A stretch of DNA of 64,000 bases, taken from assembly GCA_963662795.1 (NCBI GenBank), contig OY759746.1:1312001-1376000 (forward strand). The letters are read 5' to 3'. The stretch comes from Spirochaetia bacterium. Lineage in GTDB: Bacteria > Spirochaetota > Spirochaetia > CADAEX01. The position numbers were made by a program, and so were the translations under genes. Below the pieces are notes generated by a model. That model saw only the letters and a program-made list of their open reading frames with translations, did no database searches and was not told the DNA's origin. Below are positions 28,427 through 38,630 of this stretch, piece after piece; position 1 is the first letter of the stretch, and every line of letters begins with the position of its first letter.

Positions 28427-30188
28427 TCTCTGTCCCGAAAGGGAGATCAATAAAAAATGTAGACCCCACCCCTTTTTCTGTTTCAAACCATATAGAACCA
28501 TTATGGTCAAAAATAATCCTTTCAACAATAGCAAGGCCGAGACCTGTTCCGTTTTCCCTGGTTGTAAAATAAGGGGCAAAAACCTGGTCCACGATCTCTC
28601 CATCAATACCCTTTCCCGAGTCCGCTATCTGGATTCTGTAGAATTTTCTGTTTTCCTTCACTATGCTGTCGGTCCTTATTGAAACTGTTCCTTTACCGTC
28701 CATCGCATCGATAGCGTTTGTAAAAAGATTGATAAGCACCTGCTTGATTTTTTCCCTGTCAATATGAATCTGGACCCCGGTATCAACGCTTTGAAGATTA
28801 AAATCAATCCCCGGCGCGGAAGATGAGAAAATATCGCAGGCTTCCCGTATTATCTCTGCCGGATCAGAGGGAGTAAGCATGACAGGAGGCATTCTTGCAA
28901 AATCGCTGAATTCAGCAAGCAGCCGGCTGAGTCTCTCTACCTCTGTTACAATTACCCTTACCGAGGAATTCAGTATTTTGCTGAAATTGGGATCTTCCGC
29001 ATTATATCTTTTAAGCGTTCTCTCGGCAGACAGCTTTATGGGAGTAAGGGGGTTCTTGATTTCATGGGCCATTCTCCTCGCAATCTCTTTCCACGCATTT
29101 ATTTTATCTGCCTGCATGTTCTTTTTTCTTGAGATTTCAAGCTCTTTTATCATCTGGTTGAAGGACTTTACCAGAACAGAAATATTGTCCCCGGGCCTCG
29201 CAAGAAGCCTGAAGGAAAAATCCCCTTCGGCGACACGCCTTGTCGCCTCTTCAAGCTGAACAATAGGATGAAGTATTTCCTCCGACAAACGGAAACTGAT
29301 CATTATGGAAAGAAGGAATATCGGCAGGCTGAAGAACATGAGTACGGCTATAATAATAAGTCTGAATACAGTCTGATAATTTTCAAGCTGAACAAGGACA
29401 TCATAGGAAGAAGTGAGTTTTTCCGCTTTTGAGTCAAACCCGGAGGGGAGAAAAGAACTCAGGACAAGGGTATATGACCCGCCGCTTCCCCTGAAACTGC
29501 CCTGGACACGCAGTATGCTTACATCATCTGCAGTTTCCCTTGTAAGAAGCCCTTTAACGCCCGGAGAGACTCTTTCATCCGGCAGCTTTCCTTTCTCCCT
29601 GCCTGTAAAGAAGACAGTCTCGCTTCCCCTCATCAGCTGCATACTGTCAAGAAAAGGGTAGCTTTCCTTATATAATTCCCATCCCCGCTGAGGAGCTGAT
29701 GGAATAATCCTGGCCACATAGCTGAAAAAGGGGGAATCGACAACAGCTTCAAGGGATGAGGTACGTTCCCTGTAATATTCAAGAGCGATGTCAAGCCCTC
29801 CTTTAACAGAGCCTGAGTGGTCTCTTGTAAGCCATGAACTCATAACTGTATCAATGAAGTTTATTGAAAGAACAGCCTGAGGAACAGCAGAGACAAAAGC
29901 TACAAAAGTAAAAAAAAGAATAAGCTTGATCTTGAAAGTAACGCCTGGCTTTTTCTTCCTGTTGTCGCGGATAATCCTTGCAATATTTATGGCAATATTT
30001 CCGATCAGGAAAAAGGGAAGGACTGCAGCAAAGGGAAGAATTACAAGCCTCGACGGTATATCGTCGGTTGAAAGATCATTCATGATCTGCCCGGACAGGA
30101 ACAGTATCAGAAATATTATAAAAACATAAATAAAAAGAATGCTTAAGAGGCCTGCTCTTGATGTAATTAGAGGTTGTGGCCCTTTCAT
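28419..30188 (-). CDS. NtrY-like HAMP sensor histidine kinase
   Basis: Four TM segments, HAMP, AHEIKNPLTP, NAIDA, DSGKG, GTGLGL. Confidence 0.9.
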   Translation of the reverse strand: MKGPQPLITSRAGLLSILFIYVFIIFLILFLSGQIMNDLSTDDIPSRLVILPFAAVLPFFLIGNIAINIARIIRDNRKKKPGVTFKIKLILFFTFVAFVSAVPQAVLSINFIDTVMSSWLTRDHSGSVKGGLDIALEYYRERTSSLEAVVDSPFFSYVARIIPSAPQRGWELYKESYPFLDSMQLMRGSETVFFTGREKGKLPDERVSPGVKGLLTRETADDVSILRVQGSFRGSGGSYTLVLSSFLPSGFDSKAEKLTSSYDVLVQLENYQTVFRLIIIAVLMFFSLPIFLLSIMISFRLSEEILHPIVQLEEATRRVAEGDFSFRLLARPGDNISVLVKSFNQMIKELEISRKKNMQADKINAWKEIARRMAHEIKNPLTPIKLSAERTLKRYNAEDPNFSKILNSSVRVIVTEVERLSRLLAEFSDFARMPPVMLTPSDPAEIIREACDIFSSSAPGIDFNLQSVDTGVQIHIDREKIKQVLINLFTNAIDAMDGKGTVSIRTDSIVKENRKFYRIQIADSGKGIDGEIVDQVFAPYFTTRENGTGLGLAIVERIIFDHNGSIWFETEKGVGSTFFIDLPFGTENE

Positions 30189-30742
30189 TATTTAATCCTG
30201 AAGCTGCCGGCGCTGATCCAGTCGGTTTTTTCAATTATACCCGGGATGACATGCGACAGCAGATTAAGCGGCGGCATGAGTTTTATTATTTTCATCTCGA
30301 TTTTCCCGGCAGCATAGTATTCGCCTTTGCCGGCCTTTTTCATGTCAACAACCACCTCATCCATTGAAAAAAAGGTTTCGAAAAAAGAGGCTTTATCTTT
30401 TATTACCTTTTTTTTCCCGGCTGAGTCAGTTATATGAAAAATATCTCCGAATGGATCCCTGGTTGCAACATATGATACTGAAATTTCCTTTATAAGTCTG
30501 TCTCCAAAAAGGCCGATAAATTTTGATTTATTTTCATAGACTCTAATCCTGTATTCTATCTCTGTCCTGTGGCCAAGCTCCATTGAATTAATAATATTCC
30601 CGGTCTTGAAAGGTTTTGTTTTGATAGAGCAGACAAGGGAATTACCGCTGTCAAGAAAACAGGAGACTTCTGCTGTTTCTCCCCAAACCTGTGAGAGGAG
30701 GAAAAACATCAATAAAAAAAGAAAGATACTATTCTTCTTCAA
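30188..30742 (-). CDS. DUF4390-like exported protein
   Basis: Signal-like hydrophobic N-terminus; lies immediately upstream of the NtrY-like kinase, where DUF4390 usually sits; start uncertain (TTG 30742 chosen). Confidence 0.55.
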   Translation of the reverse strand: MKKNSIFLFLLMFFLLSQVWGETAEVSCFLDSGNSLVCSIKTKPFKTGNIINSMELGHRTEIEYRIRVYENKSKFIGLFGDRLIKEISVSYVATRDPFGDIFHITDSAGKKKVIKDKASFFETFFSMDEVVVDMKKAGKGEYYAAGKIEMKIIKLMPPLNLLSHVIPGIIEKTDWISAGSFRIK

Positions 30743-30995
30743 ATTTATTCTCGAATAAATTGAAAAGAGCTTCGACCGCCGACTGTTCATCTTCACCATC
30801 CGCTACCAAAATCAGTTCTGTTTTAAATGCCGCAGCAAGTGTAATAATTCCCATAATTGATTTTGCGTTTATTTCGTCATTATCTTTTTTTATTCTTATT
30901 TCGCAATTATATTTATTTGCGGTCTTTACAATATTGGCAGCAGGCCTGGCGTGTATTCCAGCGCGGTTTTTTACAGTGACAGCTTTCTCAATCAT
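30729..30995 (-). CDS. ptsH: Phosphocarrier protein HPr
   Basis: GIHARPA (His15) and AKSIMG (Ser46) motifs; start refined to ATG 30995. Confidence 0.95.
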   Translation of the reverse strand: MIEKAVTVKNRAGIHARPAANIVKTANKYNCEIRIKKDNDEINAKSIMGIITLAAAFKTELILVADGEDEQSAVEALFNLFENKFEEE

Positions 30996-31044
30996 CCGGT
31001 TCAATCTCCATATTTTTGCTTTAACTTATGTAATTCGGGAAAAA

Positions 31045-32013
31045 TTACTTCAGGGAATTCTCGGAATCTGTATCTGTTTCCAGCCACCTGATTACCTTCT
31101 GGTTAAATTCTCTTGCTGAATAATATCCCATTCTTTTTAATCTTTCATTCATGGCCGCAGTTTCAATTATTATCGGAGTATTCCTGCCTGGTTTTACAGG
31201 TATATCAACGCAGGGCACCTGTACGCCAAGTATCTCCTCAGTAATTTCACTGGATCCCAGCCTGTCATAAACCTTTTCAGAATCCCAGTCTTCAAGGTTT
31301 ACAATCAGCTGCACCTGTTTCGAGTCACGTATCGCCCCAACTCCGAAAAGATGGGTGATGTTGATTATCCCCAGGCCCCTTATTTCCATATGATGAGCCA
31401 GAAATACATTCCCGCCCTTACCTTCAAGATGGTTCCCTGATACCCTTTTTATCTCAACAAGATCATCTGCTATAAGCCGGTGGCCCCTTTCAATCAGCTC
31501 CAGGGCAGCTTCGCTTTTACCAACTCCGCTTTTTCCCTTGATCAGAACACCTATCCCGAAAACTTCAACAAATACAGCATGCATAACCTGCTGCGGAGCG
31601 AATATCCCCTCAAGGACCCTTATCAGCCTCTGGGAAAGCTCAGGTGATGTAAGCGGCGACTGAAGTATTGGACATCTGGAGTTTTCTGCCATCTGTATAA
31701 AAATTTCTTCCGGTTCCGCGCCGTATGGAAATATGCAGCATGGAAAAGGAAAAGAAAAAAACCGCTCAAGCGAATCCGTGTTTTTTTCCTCAATCATCTT
31801 TTTTATATAGGCAAACTCGCCCCGTCCGAAAACCTGTATCCGCTGATAGGCAAAATTATCGAAATATCCCGCAAGCGCAAGCCCCGGCCTGTCAAGATAT
31901 GCTACCGTTATTTCCCTTCCAAGGCCTGCCCTGCCGGCTATGCATTTTAACTGAAGCGCATCATTTTCTTTCAGGTCAAGTCCCAGCAGGTCAAGGATAG
32001 TAAATTTTTTCAT
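31045..32013 (-). CDS. hprK: HPr kinase/phosphorylase
   Basis: GKSGVGKSE, LIADD, EIRGLGII, PVKPGRN. Confidence 0.97.
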   Translation of the reverse strand: MKKFTILDLLGLDLKENDALQLKCIAGRAGLGREITVAYLDRPGLALAGYFDNFAYQRIQVFGRGEFAYIKKMIEEKNTDSLERFFSFPFPCCIFPYGAEPEEIFIQMAENSRCPILQSPLTSPELSQRLIRVLEGIFAPQQVMHAVFVEVFGIGVLIKGKSGVGKSEAALELIERGHRLIADDLVEIKRVSGNHLEGKGGNVFLAHHMEIRGLGIINITHLFGVGAIRDSKQVQLIVNLEDWDSEKVYDRLGSSEITEEILGVQVPCVDIPVKPGRNTPIIIETAAMNERLKRMGYYSAREFNQKVIRWLETDTDSENSLK

Positions 32014-32044
32014 GCAGCTATTTTATAACAAGAAAATAAATAAG

Positions 32045-32073
32045 TGAAGAGACCTGTTTGCCAGGTCTCTTCA
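32045..32073 (-). terminator. Stem-loop after hpf (probable intrinsic terminator or processing hairpin)
   Basis: Perfect 12-bp stem TGAAGAGACCTG/CAGGTCTCTTCA followed on the minus strand by CTTATTTATTTT. Confidence 0.65.
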
Positions 32074-32082
32074 TAAAAATCC

Positions 32083-32379
32083 CTATTCAGTATGACTTTG
32101 TATCTTATCTTTTTCCTTTGTCACCTTGTTTTTAAGTTTATCGATTATTATATCAATTCCATCATATAGATCGTGGTCAACAACCTTAAGATGATGACTC
32201 AAACCCCATCTGAAATTAATATCAGCAGAAATTATATAGCCTGATTTGTCATGCTCCAGCCGAAACAGAAGATCAACGATCATGTCGCCTGCAAATTCCA
32301 GTTTCTTGACCTTTTTTTCAATCTGCTCAACTGTTCTTTCAGTTACTTCGTAATGAATTCCTTTAATTTCCAAGTTCAT
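32083..32379 (-). CDS. hpf: Ribosome hibernation factor HPF/RaiA (short form)
   Basis: MNLEIKG.H, DLYDGID...KL pattern; directly downstream of rpoN. Confidence 0.85.
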   Translation of the reverse strand: MNLEIKGIHYEVTERTVEQIEKKVKKLEFAGDMIVDLLFRLEHDKSGYIISADINFRWGLSHHLKVVDHDLYDGIDIIIDKLKNKVTKEKDKIQSHTE

Positions 32380-32403
32380 TTTGTTCCCCCTGATTTTTAA
32401 GGT

Positions 32404-33777
32404 TTACCTTTCATAAGAAGAGGCTATATCAAGTTCTTTTCTGTATTTTGCAACTGTCCTCCTTGCTATTTTTATCCCTTTTTTCTCCTTGAGAAAATCG
32501 GCCAGATTCTGATCTGAAAGATGTACATCTTTCCCCTCTGTTTCAATAATTTCCTTGATTATGTGTTTTACGCTTACCCTTGACACCATTTTCTCTCTGG
32601 TGTCGGTGCGGGAAAGCGCAGTTGAAAAAAAGTACTTGAGTTCAAAAATCCCCCAGTCAGTCTGAACATACTTACTTGTGGAAATTCTTGAAATTGTAGT
32701 TTCATGGACTCCGACTTTTTCCGAAATATCCTTCAGGGTAAGCGGCGCCAGATACTGAGGTCCCTTTATAAAAAAATCCCTCTGATATGCTGCTATGGCA
32801 GACGCAGTTTTTAAAAGAGTCTGATTTCTGAGATGAATGGTCTGAATAAACCAGCTTGCCTCTTTTAACCGTGAATTTATGTACTGGACTGTTTTTTTAT
32901 CAGTTATATCGCTCTCCCCTTTTAGTCCCGCAAACCCGGGGTTTATCTTAAGGACAGGGATCTCCTCTTCGTTAAGCCTTATTACAAGCTCATCATTAAC
33001 TACCTTGATCATCAGATCAGGTATAACATAGGTTGAAGTTTCTGTGGAAAATTGTCTGCCGGGAAAAGGATTTAAGGTCTTTATGTATTCAAGCGCATCT
33101 TCAACTGCCTTTAAAGATGTTTTAAGTATTTTAGATATCTCCTTGAATTTGCCTTTCTCAAGATAGTCAAAATATTTATCAATTATTTCTATCGTATATT
33201 CAGGCATGTCCCCTTTGATTCCCGCCTGGACTATGAGCGACTCCCTGAAGTCGCTGGTACACGTTCCCGGAGGATCAAGCATCCGGACAAGGGATATTGT
33301 CTCGCGGAGCTCTTCATCGGAATAATCCCTCGCAAGGAGTTCCGGTTTTTCAATATTAAATCCGTTCTCATCAAGGTTCTGTATTAATAATTCCCCGATT
33401 CTGAAAACTGCGTTTCTGACAGGCTGGACACTAAGCTGCCGCAAAAGATGGTCCTGCAGAGATTCCGGTCTTGATAATGCACCTTCAAGAAACATCCTTT
33501 TACTGTCATTGTCCCGGGATGCGGCGTAGGAAATTCCTCCGGGATCAGATGTGTTTTCAAAATAATCATATTCTTCACTGGTTTTTCGGGGAATATCATC
33601 AATAGATACGTTATTGTTGTGCTCAAGAGCTTCAAGAGCAGGATTTTTTTCAACTTCATCCTGAATTTTTAATTTAAGCTCCTGTACGGGCAAAGCCATC
33701 AGCTGTATCGATTGATACATCTGGGGACTTAGTTTCATTCTCTGTTCATGTATCAATACAGGTTTCTGATTCTGCAA
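32404..33777 (-). CDS. rpoN: RNA polymerase sigma-54 factor
   Basis: NPALE, HETTISR, SDQ, RpoN box ARRTVAKYR; TTG start. Confidence 0.97.
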   Translation of the reverse strand: MQNQKPVLIHEQRMKLSPQMYQSIQLMALPVQELKLKIQDEVEKNPALEALEHNNNVSIDDIPRKTSEEYDYFENTSDPGGISYAASRDNDSKRMFLEGALSRPESLQDHLLRQLSVQPVRNAVFRIGELLIQNLDENGFNIEKPELLARDYSDEELRETISLVRMLDPPGTCTSDFRESLIVQAGIKGDMPEYTIEIIDKYFDYLEKGKFKEISKILKTSLKAVEDALEYIKTLNPFPGRQFSTETSTYVIPDLMIKVVNDELVIRLNEEEIPVLKINPGFAGLKGESDITDKKTVQYINSRLKEASWFIQTIHLRNQTLLKTASAIAAYQRDFFIKGPQYLAPLTLKDISEKVGVHETTISRISTSKYVQTDWGIFELKYFFSTALSRTDTREKMVSRVSVKHIIKEIIETEGKDVHLSDQNLADFLKEKKGIKIARRTVAKYRKELDIASSYER

Positions 33778-33895
33778 TGCTGTCTCCAGGTATGTAGTAA
33801 AAAATTCCCCGTACTTTAAAAAATAACCCTGACGGATATCAGCATAAATTATTTATTGCTGCATCTCAGGGAATGGCGGGAACTTCCTTATATTA

Positions 33896-33924
33896 AATTT
33901 AGGGTTGCCCTATCTATTTGTCAA
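33896..33924 (-). promoter_or_regulatory. Putative sigma70 promoter for rpoN
   Basis: Minus strand TTGACA-17 nt-TAAATT. Confidence 0.6.
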
Positions 33925-33967
33925 TGGTTAATTGAAATCAATTCAGATGAGCAGATGCCTGAGGCCA

Positions 33968-34726
33968 TTACATGGTAAAATCGCGGCCGAGATAGATGTG
34001 CCTCGCAATATCATTGGCAAGTATTTCATCCCTGCTGCCGCCGGTAAGAATTTCACCGAGATTTATAATATATGAGCGGTTTGTAATATCAAGGGTATCC
34101 CTTACATTGTGGTCTGTAATAAGTATTCCGATCCCTTTTGAAGATAATTTTTTTATAATCTGTTTGATTTCATAAACGGCAATGGGGTCAATACCGGCAA
34201 AAGGTTCATCGAGAAGGAGAAATGCAGGTTTAATTGCAAGAGCCCTTGCAATCTCGGTCCTCCTTCTTTCCCCCCCTGAGAGGGTATATGCCTTCTGTTT
34301 TCTTATCCCGCTGATGCCCAGTTCATCAAGCAGCGAATCCAGTATTGTATTCTTTTCACTGTTGTCAACATCCGAGCGGGTTTCAAGGATTGCCATAATA
34401 TTTTCTTCAACTGTAAGTTTTCTGAAGATTGAGGTTTCCTGGGGAAGATATGATATACCAAGCCTTGCCCTTTTATACATGGGGTAGGATGAAATATCGA
34501 GATTGCCGAGGTATATTTTACCTCTCGTTGCATTAATAAAACCGACAATAAGGTAAAAAACTGTGGTTTTCCCTGCACCGTTTGGGCCCAGAAGTCCTAC
34601 AATCTCTCCCCTTTCCATTGAAAAACTTACATCAGCTACGGCAACTTTCTTCCTGTATACTTTTTTGAGCCCTTCAACACTTAGAGTGCTTTCTGATGTA
34701 TTTTTCCTGCCCGCATCAAAATCCAA
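33968..34726 (-). CDS. lptB: LPS export ABC ATPase
   Basis: GPNGAGKTT, YLPQE, LSGGERRR.EIAR, DEPFAGIDP, ITDHNVR. Confidence 0.96.
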   Translation of the reverse strand: MDFDAGRKNTSESTLSVEGLKKVYRKKVAVADVSFSMERGEIVGLLGPNGAGKTTVFYLIVGFINATRGKIYLGNLDISSYPMYKRARLGISYLPQETSIFRKLTVEENIMAILETRSDVDNSEKNTILDSLLDELGISGIRKQKAYTLSGGERRRTEIARALAIKPAFLLLDEPFAGIDPIAVYEIKQIIKKLSSKGIGILITDHNVRDTLDITNRSYIINLGEILTGGSRDEILANDIARHIYLGRDFTM

Positions 34727-34749
34727 AGTCTTTTTCCTTTTTTTTCGGC

Positions 34750-35487
34750 TCAGTTCCCGTTTGGAGTTTCTTTTTCACTGCTGATTCCGTTTCCGTTGTC
34801 ACTGGAAGCACCGCTTTCTTCACCGGGAGCCCCCTCTTCTTCCTGTTCTGTGTATATTATACCGGACACCTTGCCTTCAAGAAATATTTCATCAGTGTCA
34901 AGGTTGACAGTGATTTTAAGGGCGCGGTATACATCCCCTTTCCAGTGTGCAACAGGAAGGCCCGAGAGCTCGAGAATCTTGTTTTTTCTTGTGTACCTTG
35001 CAAACTCGGAGCGGCAGGCCATATCCTCTTTCAGGATTCTGACCCCGATCTGTACCGTTGCAGTTTCTGTTTCGCCGGCATACTCAAGATAATTTCCCTT
35101 AACAACAACTTCATTTCTGAAGTCTTCCATTACAACAGCCCCTTCAATCCTCGAGATATCATCTTTCCTGTCAAAAACCATTTTCTCAGCTTCAATAAAA
35201 AAGCCTTTTTCACTGTCCTCGACCCTTATCATGCCTGAGCACTCGGCAAACCGGTAATCATCACCGTATAATTCTATCCTTGCTGCTGTAATTACAGTAG
35301 ACTCCGATATTATCTTTGCATTACCGGAAAGGACTGTATACTCCCTTCCTTTCGACATGACTGTGGAAAATCTGTCTCCGCTGAACTCAAACGTATCAGC
35401 AGAAACTTTGTCGCAGATCAGTAAATTCAATAATGAAACAAAGAGAATAAAAGACAGGTAAGGAGTAATCAGGAAGCTTTTATTCAT
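34750..35487 (-). CDS. lptA: LptA/OstA-family periplasmic protein
   Basis: Signal peptide, beta-jellyroll (LSGNA.I...ITA..I); lies between lptC and lptB; start refined to ATG 35487. Confidence 0.78.
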   Translation of the reverse strand: MNKSFLITPYLSFILFVSLLNLLICDKVSADTFEFSGDRFSTVMSKGREYTVLSGNAKIISESTVITAARIELYGDDYRFAECSGMIRVEDSEKGFFIEAEKMVFDRKDDISRIEGAVVMEDFRNEVVVKGNYLEYAGETETATVQIGVRILKEDMACRSEFARYTRKNKILELSGLPVAHWKGDVYRALKITVNLDTDEIFLEGKVSGIIYTEQEEEGAPGEESGASSDNGNGISSEKETPNGN

Positions 35488-36073
35488 CTGTTTGCCCCTT
35501 TCCTTCGGAATCACCTTCATCATCTTTGTCATCAGAGACAAATTTCCCCTGTGCTCCTGATTCGAAACTGAAGCTTTTATCAGGGGCTGATGACCTGAAT
35601 CCGGTTCCCCTGATAAAAGAACCGTTATTTTCCCCTATTTCAATTTCCTCTTTGTTATATTTTCCGCCGGAGGAAAGGGTTTTTGCTTTTCCGTCCCAGA
35701 AAACAGTGCTTCCCTCTATATAATAACCCTCATCCAGTGAATCAATCCGGAAAGACTCATCAAATTCTATATCTTCAGTATCTGAATAAAAATAAGCTTT
35801 TTGTGCGCCGCCTTCCGTTGCCACCAGATTATCATTGCCGTATTCTGCAAAATAAAGGCCGGTAAAAACAGTAAGATTTTTTTTATCAAATGTTTCTGCC
35901 CTCTCCGCTTTTACAAGATAGGCGGTACTCCCTTTTTTAACAACTGTTTCGCTGAAATTGATTATAACTGTGTTGGGCGTTTTTCCTGATATCTCTTCAT
36001 CGAGAAGAGCCCCTTCATAGTCGAGGCTGCATGAGAAAAACAGAACAGTCAGAATCAGTAAATTATTTTTCAT
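35480..36073 (-). CDS. lptC: LptC-like lipoprotein
   Basis: Lipobox-like LFFSC, beta-jellyroll composition, position upstream of lptA. Confidence 0.72.
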   Translation of the reverse strand: MKNNLLILTVLFFSCSLDYEGALLDEEISGKTPNTVIINFSETVVKKGSTAYLVKAERAETFDKKNLTVFTGLYFAEYGNDNLVATEGGAQKAYFYSDTEDIEFDESFRIDSLDEGYYIEGSTVFWDGKAKTLSSGGKYNKEEIEIGENNGSFIRGTGFRSSAPDKSFSFESGAQGKFVSDDKDDEGDSEGKGQTDE

Positions 36074-37679
36074 TCTCCTTACTTGCTCTTATAAATTCCA
36101 CAAAGAGCGGGTGGGGCGAAAAAGGTTTTGAATTAAATTCAGGATGGAACTGGACTCCAATCCCCCATGGGTGGTCTTTCCATTCGACTGCTTCCACCAG
36201 GCTTCCGTCAGGAGTATAGCCGCTTATTATAAATCCTGCATTTAAAAATTCATCTTTGAATCTGTTGGAAAACTCAAACCGGTGTCTGTGCCTTTCTACA
36301 ATTAATTCCTTACCGTATGCCTTCTGGATTTTTGAACCGGGAGAGAGCTTTGATTCGTTATTTCCCAGCCTCATTGTCCCCCCGAACATTTTTATATCGA
36401 TCTGTTCCTCGAGAAGACTGATAACCGGATATTTTGTATCAGGTGAAAATTCACGGCTGTTTGCTTCAGGATATCCAAGGATGTTCCTGGCGTATTCAAT
36501 GACCATTATCTGCATCCCAAGGCATATCCCGAAATAAGGAATATTGTTCTCTCTCGCGTATCTTGCCGCGCAGACCATTCCGTCTATACCCCTCTGTCCG
36601 AACCCTCCGGGAACAAGGATTCCTTTTATCCCTTCGAAAAGCTTATCCATTTCTCTGTTTTCACAGGCTGCTTTTTCAAGCTCTTCCGAATCAATCTTTA
36701 CAATATCCACTTTAACGTTATTTGCAATCGCACCGTGGAAAAGCGCTTCTACAATTGATTTATATGTATCGTTAAGGTGAATATATTTTCCCACAAGGGC
36801 AATCTTTACAGTTTCATCCGCAGTCTTGAAAATATTGACCACTTTTTCCCATTGAGTCAAATCAGCTTTGCCGGCTTTTATGCCAAGCTTTTTAATAGCT
36901 ATACTGTCAAGGTTCTGCATGTGATAGGCAAGCGGGATCTCATAAATTGTTGTCTGGATATCATAGGCGGATATGACAGCGTCATCATCGACATTTGTAA
37001 AAAGAGCTATTTTTTTGCTCATCCCTTCTTCCATCTGTACCGGCGTGCGGCAAAGAAGGATATCAGGCTGAATACCGAGTTCCCTAAGCGCTTTTACAGA
37101 GTGCTGTGTCGGTTTTGTTTTCAGTTCCCCCCCGATAACCTCAGGAATAAGGGTTAAATGAACATATAAGACATTCTCCCTGCCGATATCATGCCTGAAC
37201 TGTCTTGCCGCTTCGAGAAAAGGAATTGATTCAATATCACCTACTGTTCCGCCTATCTCAATTATGGTCACATCAACATCAGGAGATTCTCCTATCGCAA
37301 AAATCCTGAATTTAATTTCATCGGTAATATGGGGAATTACCTGGACAGTCCTTCCCAGATATCGGCCCTCTCTCTCCTTCTGTATGACAGTCTGATATAT
37401 CTGTCCGGTTGTCATGGAGTTGGCCTTTGTCAGGGGTGCAGTTGTAAATCTTTCATAATTTCCAAGATCAAGATCTGTTTCCGCTCCATCCGCTGTTACA
37501 TATACTTCACCATGCTGATACGGGCTCATTGTTCCGGGATCCACATTAAGATAGGGATCTGCTTTCATCATTCTAACACGAAGGCCTCTGCATTCCAGCA
37601 GAGTTCCAAGCGAAGCCGCTGCAATGCCTTTCCCAAGGCTTGAACAGACTCCTCCAGTCACAAATATATACTTACTCAT
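36063..37679 (-). CDS. pyrG: CTP synthase
   Basis: [44 protein letters not shown]; start refined to ATG 37679. Confidence 0.98.
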   Translation of the reverse strand: MSKYIFVTGGVCSSLGKGIAAASLGTLLECRGLRVRMMKADPYLNVDPGTMSPYQHGEVYVTADGAETDLDLGNYERFTTAPLTKANSMTTGQIYQTVIQKEREGRYLGRTVQVIPHITDEIKFRIFAIGESPDVDVTIIEIGGTVGDIESIPFLEAARQFRHDIGRENVLYVHLTLIPEVIGGELKTKPTQHSVKALRELGIQPDILLCRTPVQMEEGMSKKIALFTNVDDDAVISAYDIQTTIYEIPLAYHMQNLDSIAIKKLGIKAGKADLTQWEKVVNIFKTADETVKIALVGKYIHLNDTYKSIVEALFHGAIANNVKVDIVKIDSEELEKAACENREMDKLFEGIKGILVPGGFGQRGIDGMVCAARYARENNIPYFGICLGMQIMVIEYARNILGYPEANSREFSPDTKYPVISLLEEQIDIKMFGGTMRLGNNESKLSPGSKIQKAYGKELIVERHRHRFEFSNRFKDEFLNAGFIISGYTPDGSLVEAVEWKDHPWGIGVQFHPEFNSKPFSPHPLFVEFIRASKENEK

Positions 37680-37738
37680 AAATGTGATTATTTTATACCC
37701 TTTTGAGAATGTCAATTGCAGATATGGAAAAAATTAAA

Positions 37739-37766
37739 TTGACAATAGTAATTAAAAAAATATACT
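37739..37766 (+). promoter_or_regulatory. Putative sigma70 promoter for cheR-cheB
   Basis: TTGACA-16 nt-TATACT. Confidence 0.55.
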
Positions 37767-37790
37767 TAGCGATAAGAGTATAATAAGTAT

Positions 37791-38609
37791 ATGTCCTTAA
37801 CAATGACAGATTCAGATTTCGAAAAGATGAAATCCCTGATTTATGAAAAAAGCGGGATCCATTTTTCCGAAAGCAACAGACCGATTCTGGAAAGCAGATT
37901 AAAAGAAAGACTCAAAATTGCGAATCACGATAATATAAGCGATTATTACAAGCTTATAACGCGCGATGAAGAAGAGATGAAAATTCTTCTCGACTCTGTC
38001 ACTACAAACCTGACACGGTTTTTCAGAAATACCGCTCACATGCAGGCTTTTGAATACTATATAATACCTGAACTTGTAGAATATAAGAAAAAAAACAAAG
38101 ACAATACAATAAAAATCTGGAGCGCCGGCTGTTCTACCGGAGAAGAACCCTATACTCTCGCAATGATTTTATCCGAAATACTCCCTTCAGGATTCAATTT
38201 CTCCATTGTCGCTTCAGATTTGAGCCTGAAATCGCTTATGACAGCAAAAACAGGGTTTTACCCGGACAGCCGCATCACAGGTGTCCCGGACAAATATCTG
38301 CCCAGATATTTTGAAAAAACTTCCGGTGGTTATCAGATTATTGATAATATCAAGAAAAATATAAAATTTGACTACCATAACCTTAAATTCGACAGCGGTC
38401 TTAAAAACCTGGATATAATCTTCTGCAGAAATGTTCTTATCTATTTTGATGATGTCGCCCAGGAGAGTGTTGTAAACAGGTTCTGGAATTCTCTTGGCAG
38501 GCACGCCTACCTTGTTATAGGACATTCAGAATCACTTTTCGGAATGAAAACAAATTTTAAATTTCATAAAACAGACTGGGCAACCTTTTATATAAAAATG
38601 ACTGACTGA
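37791..38609 (+). CDS. cheR: Chemotaxis methyltransferase
   Basis: TTNLTRFFR, WSAGCSTGEEPY, IFCRNVLIYF, GHSE. Confidence 0.96.
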   Translation: MSLTMTDSDFEKMKSLIYEKSGIHFSESNRPILESRLKERLKIANHDNISDYYKLITRDEEEMKILLDSVTTNLTRFFRNTAHMQAFEYYIIPELVEYKKKNKDNTIKIWSAGCSTGEEPYTLAMILSEILPSGFNFSIVASDLSLKSLMTAKTGFYPDSRITGVPDKYLPRYFEKTSGGYQIIDNIKKNIKFDYHNLKFDSGLKNLDIIFCRNVLIYFDDVAQESVVNRFWNSLGRHAYLVIGHSESLFGMKTNFKFHKTDWATFYIKMTD

Positions 38610-38630
38610 TTTAAAAAAAAGGAAACAGCC

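Noticed and set aside
28427-28606. 59-aa N-terminal extension of the sigma54 response regulator given by the ORF track
   Set aside because: It overlaps the kinase's HATPase coding region; the REC domain starts cleanly at ATG 28426
33802-33886. Calling the rpoN leader hairpin 6S RNA
   Set aside because: About 85-100 nt versus about 180-190 nt for 6S RNA; kept only as an unassigned structured leader
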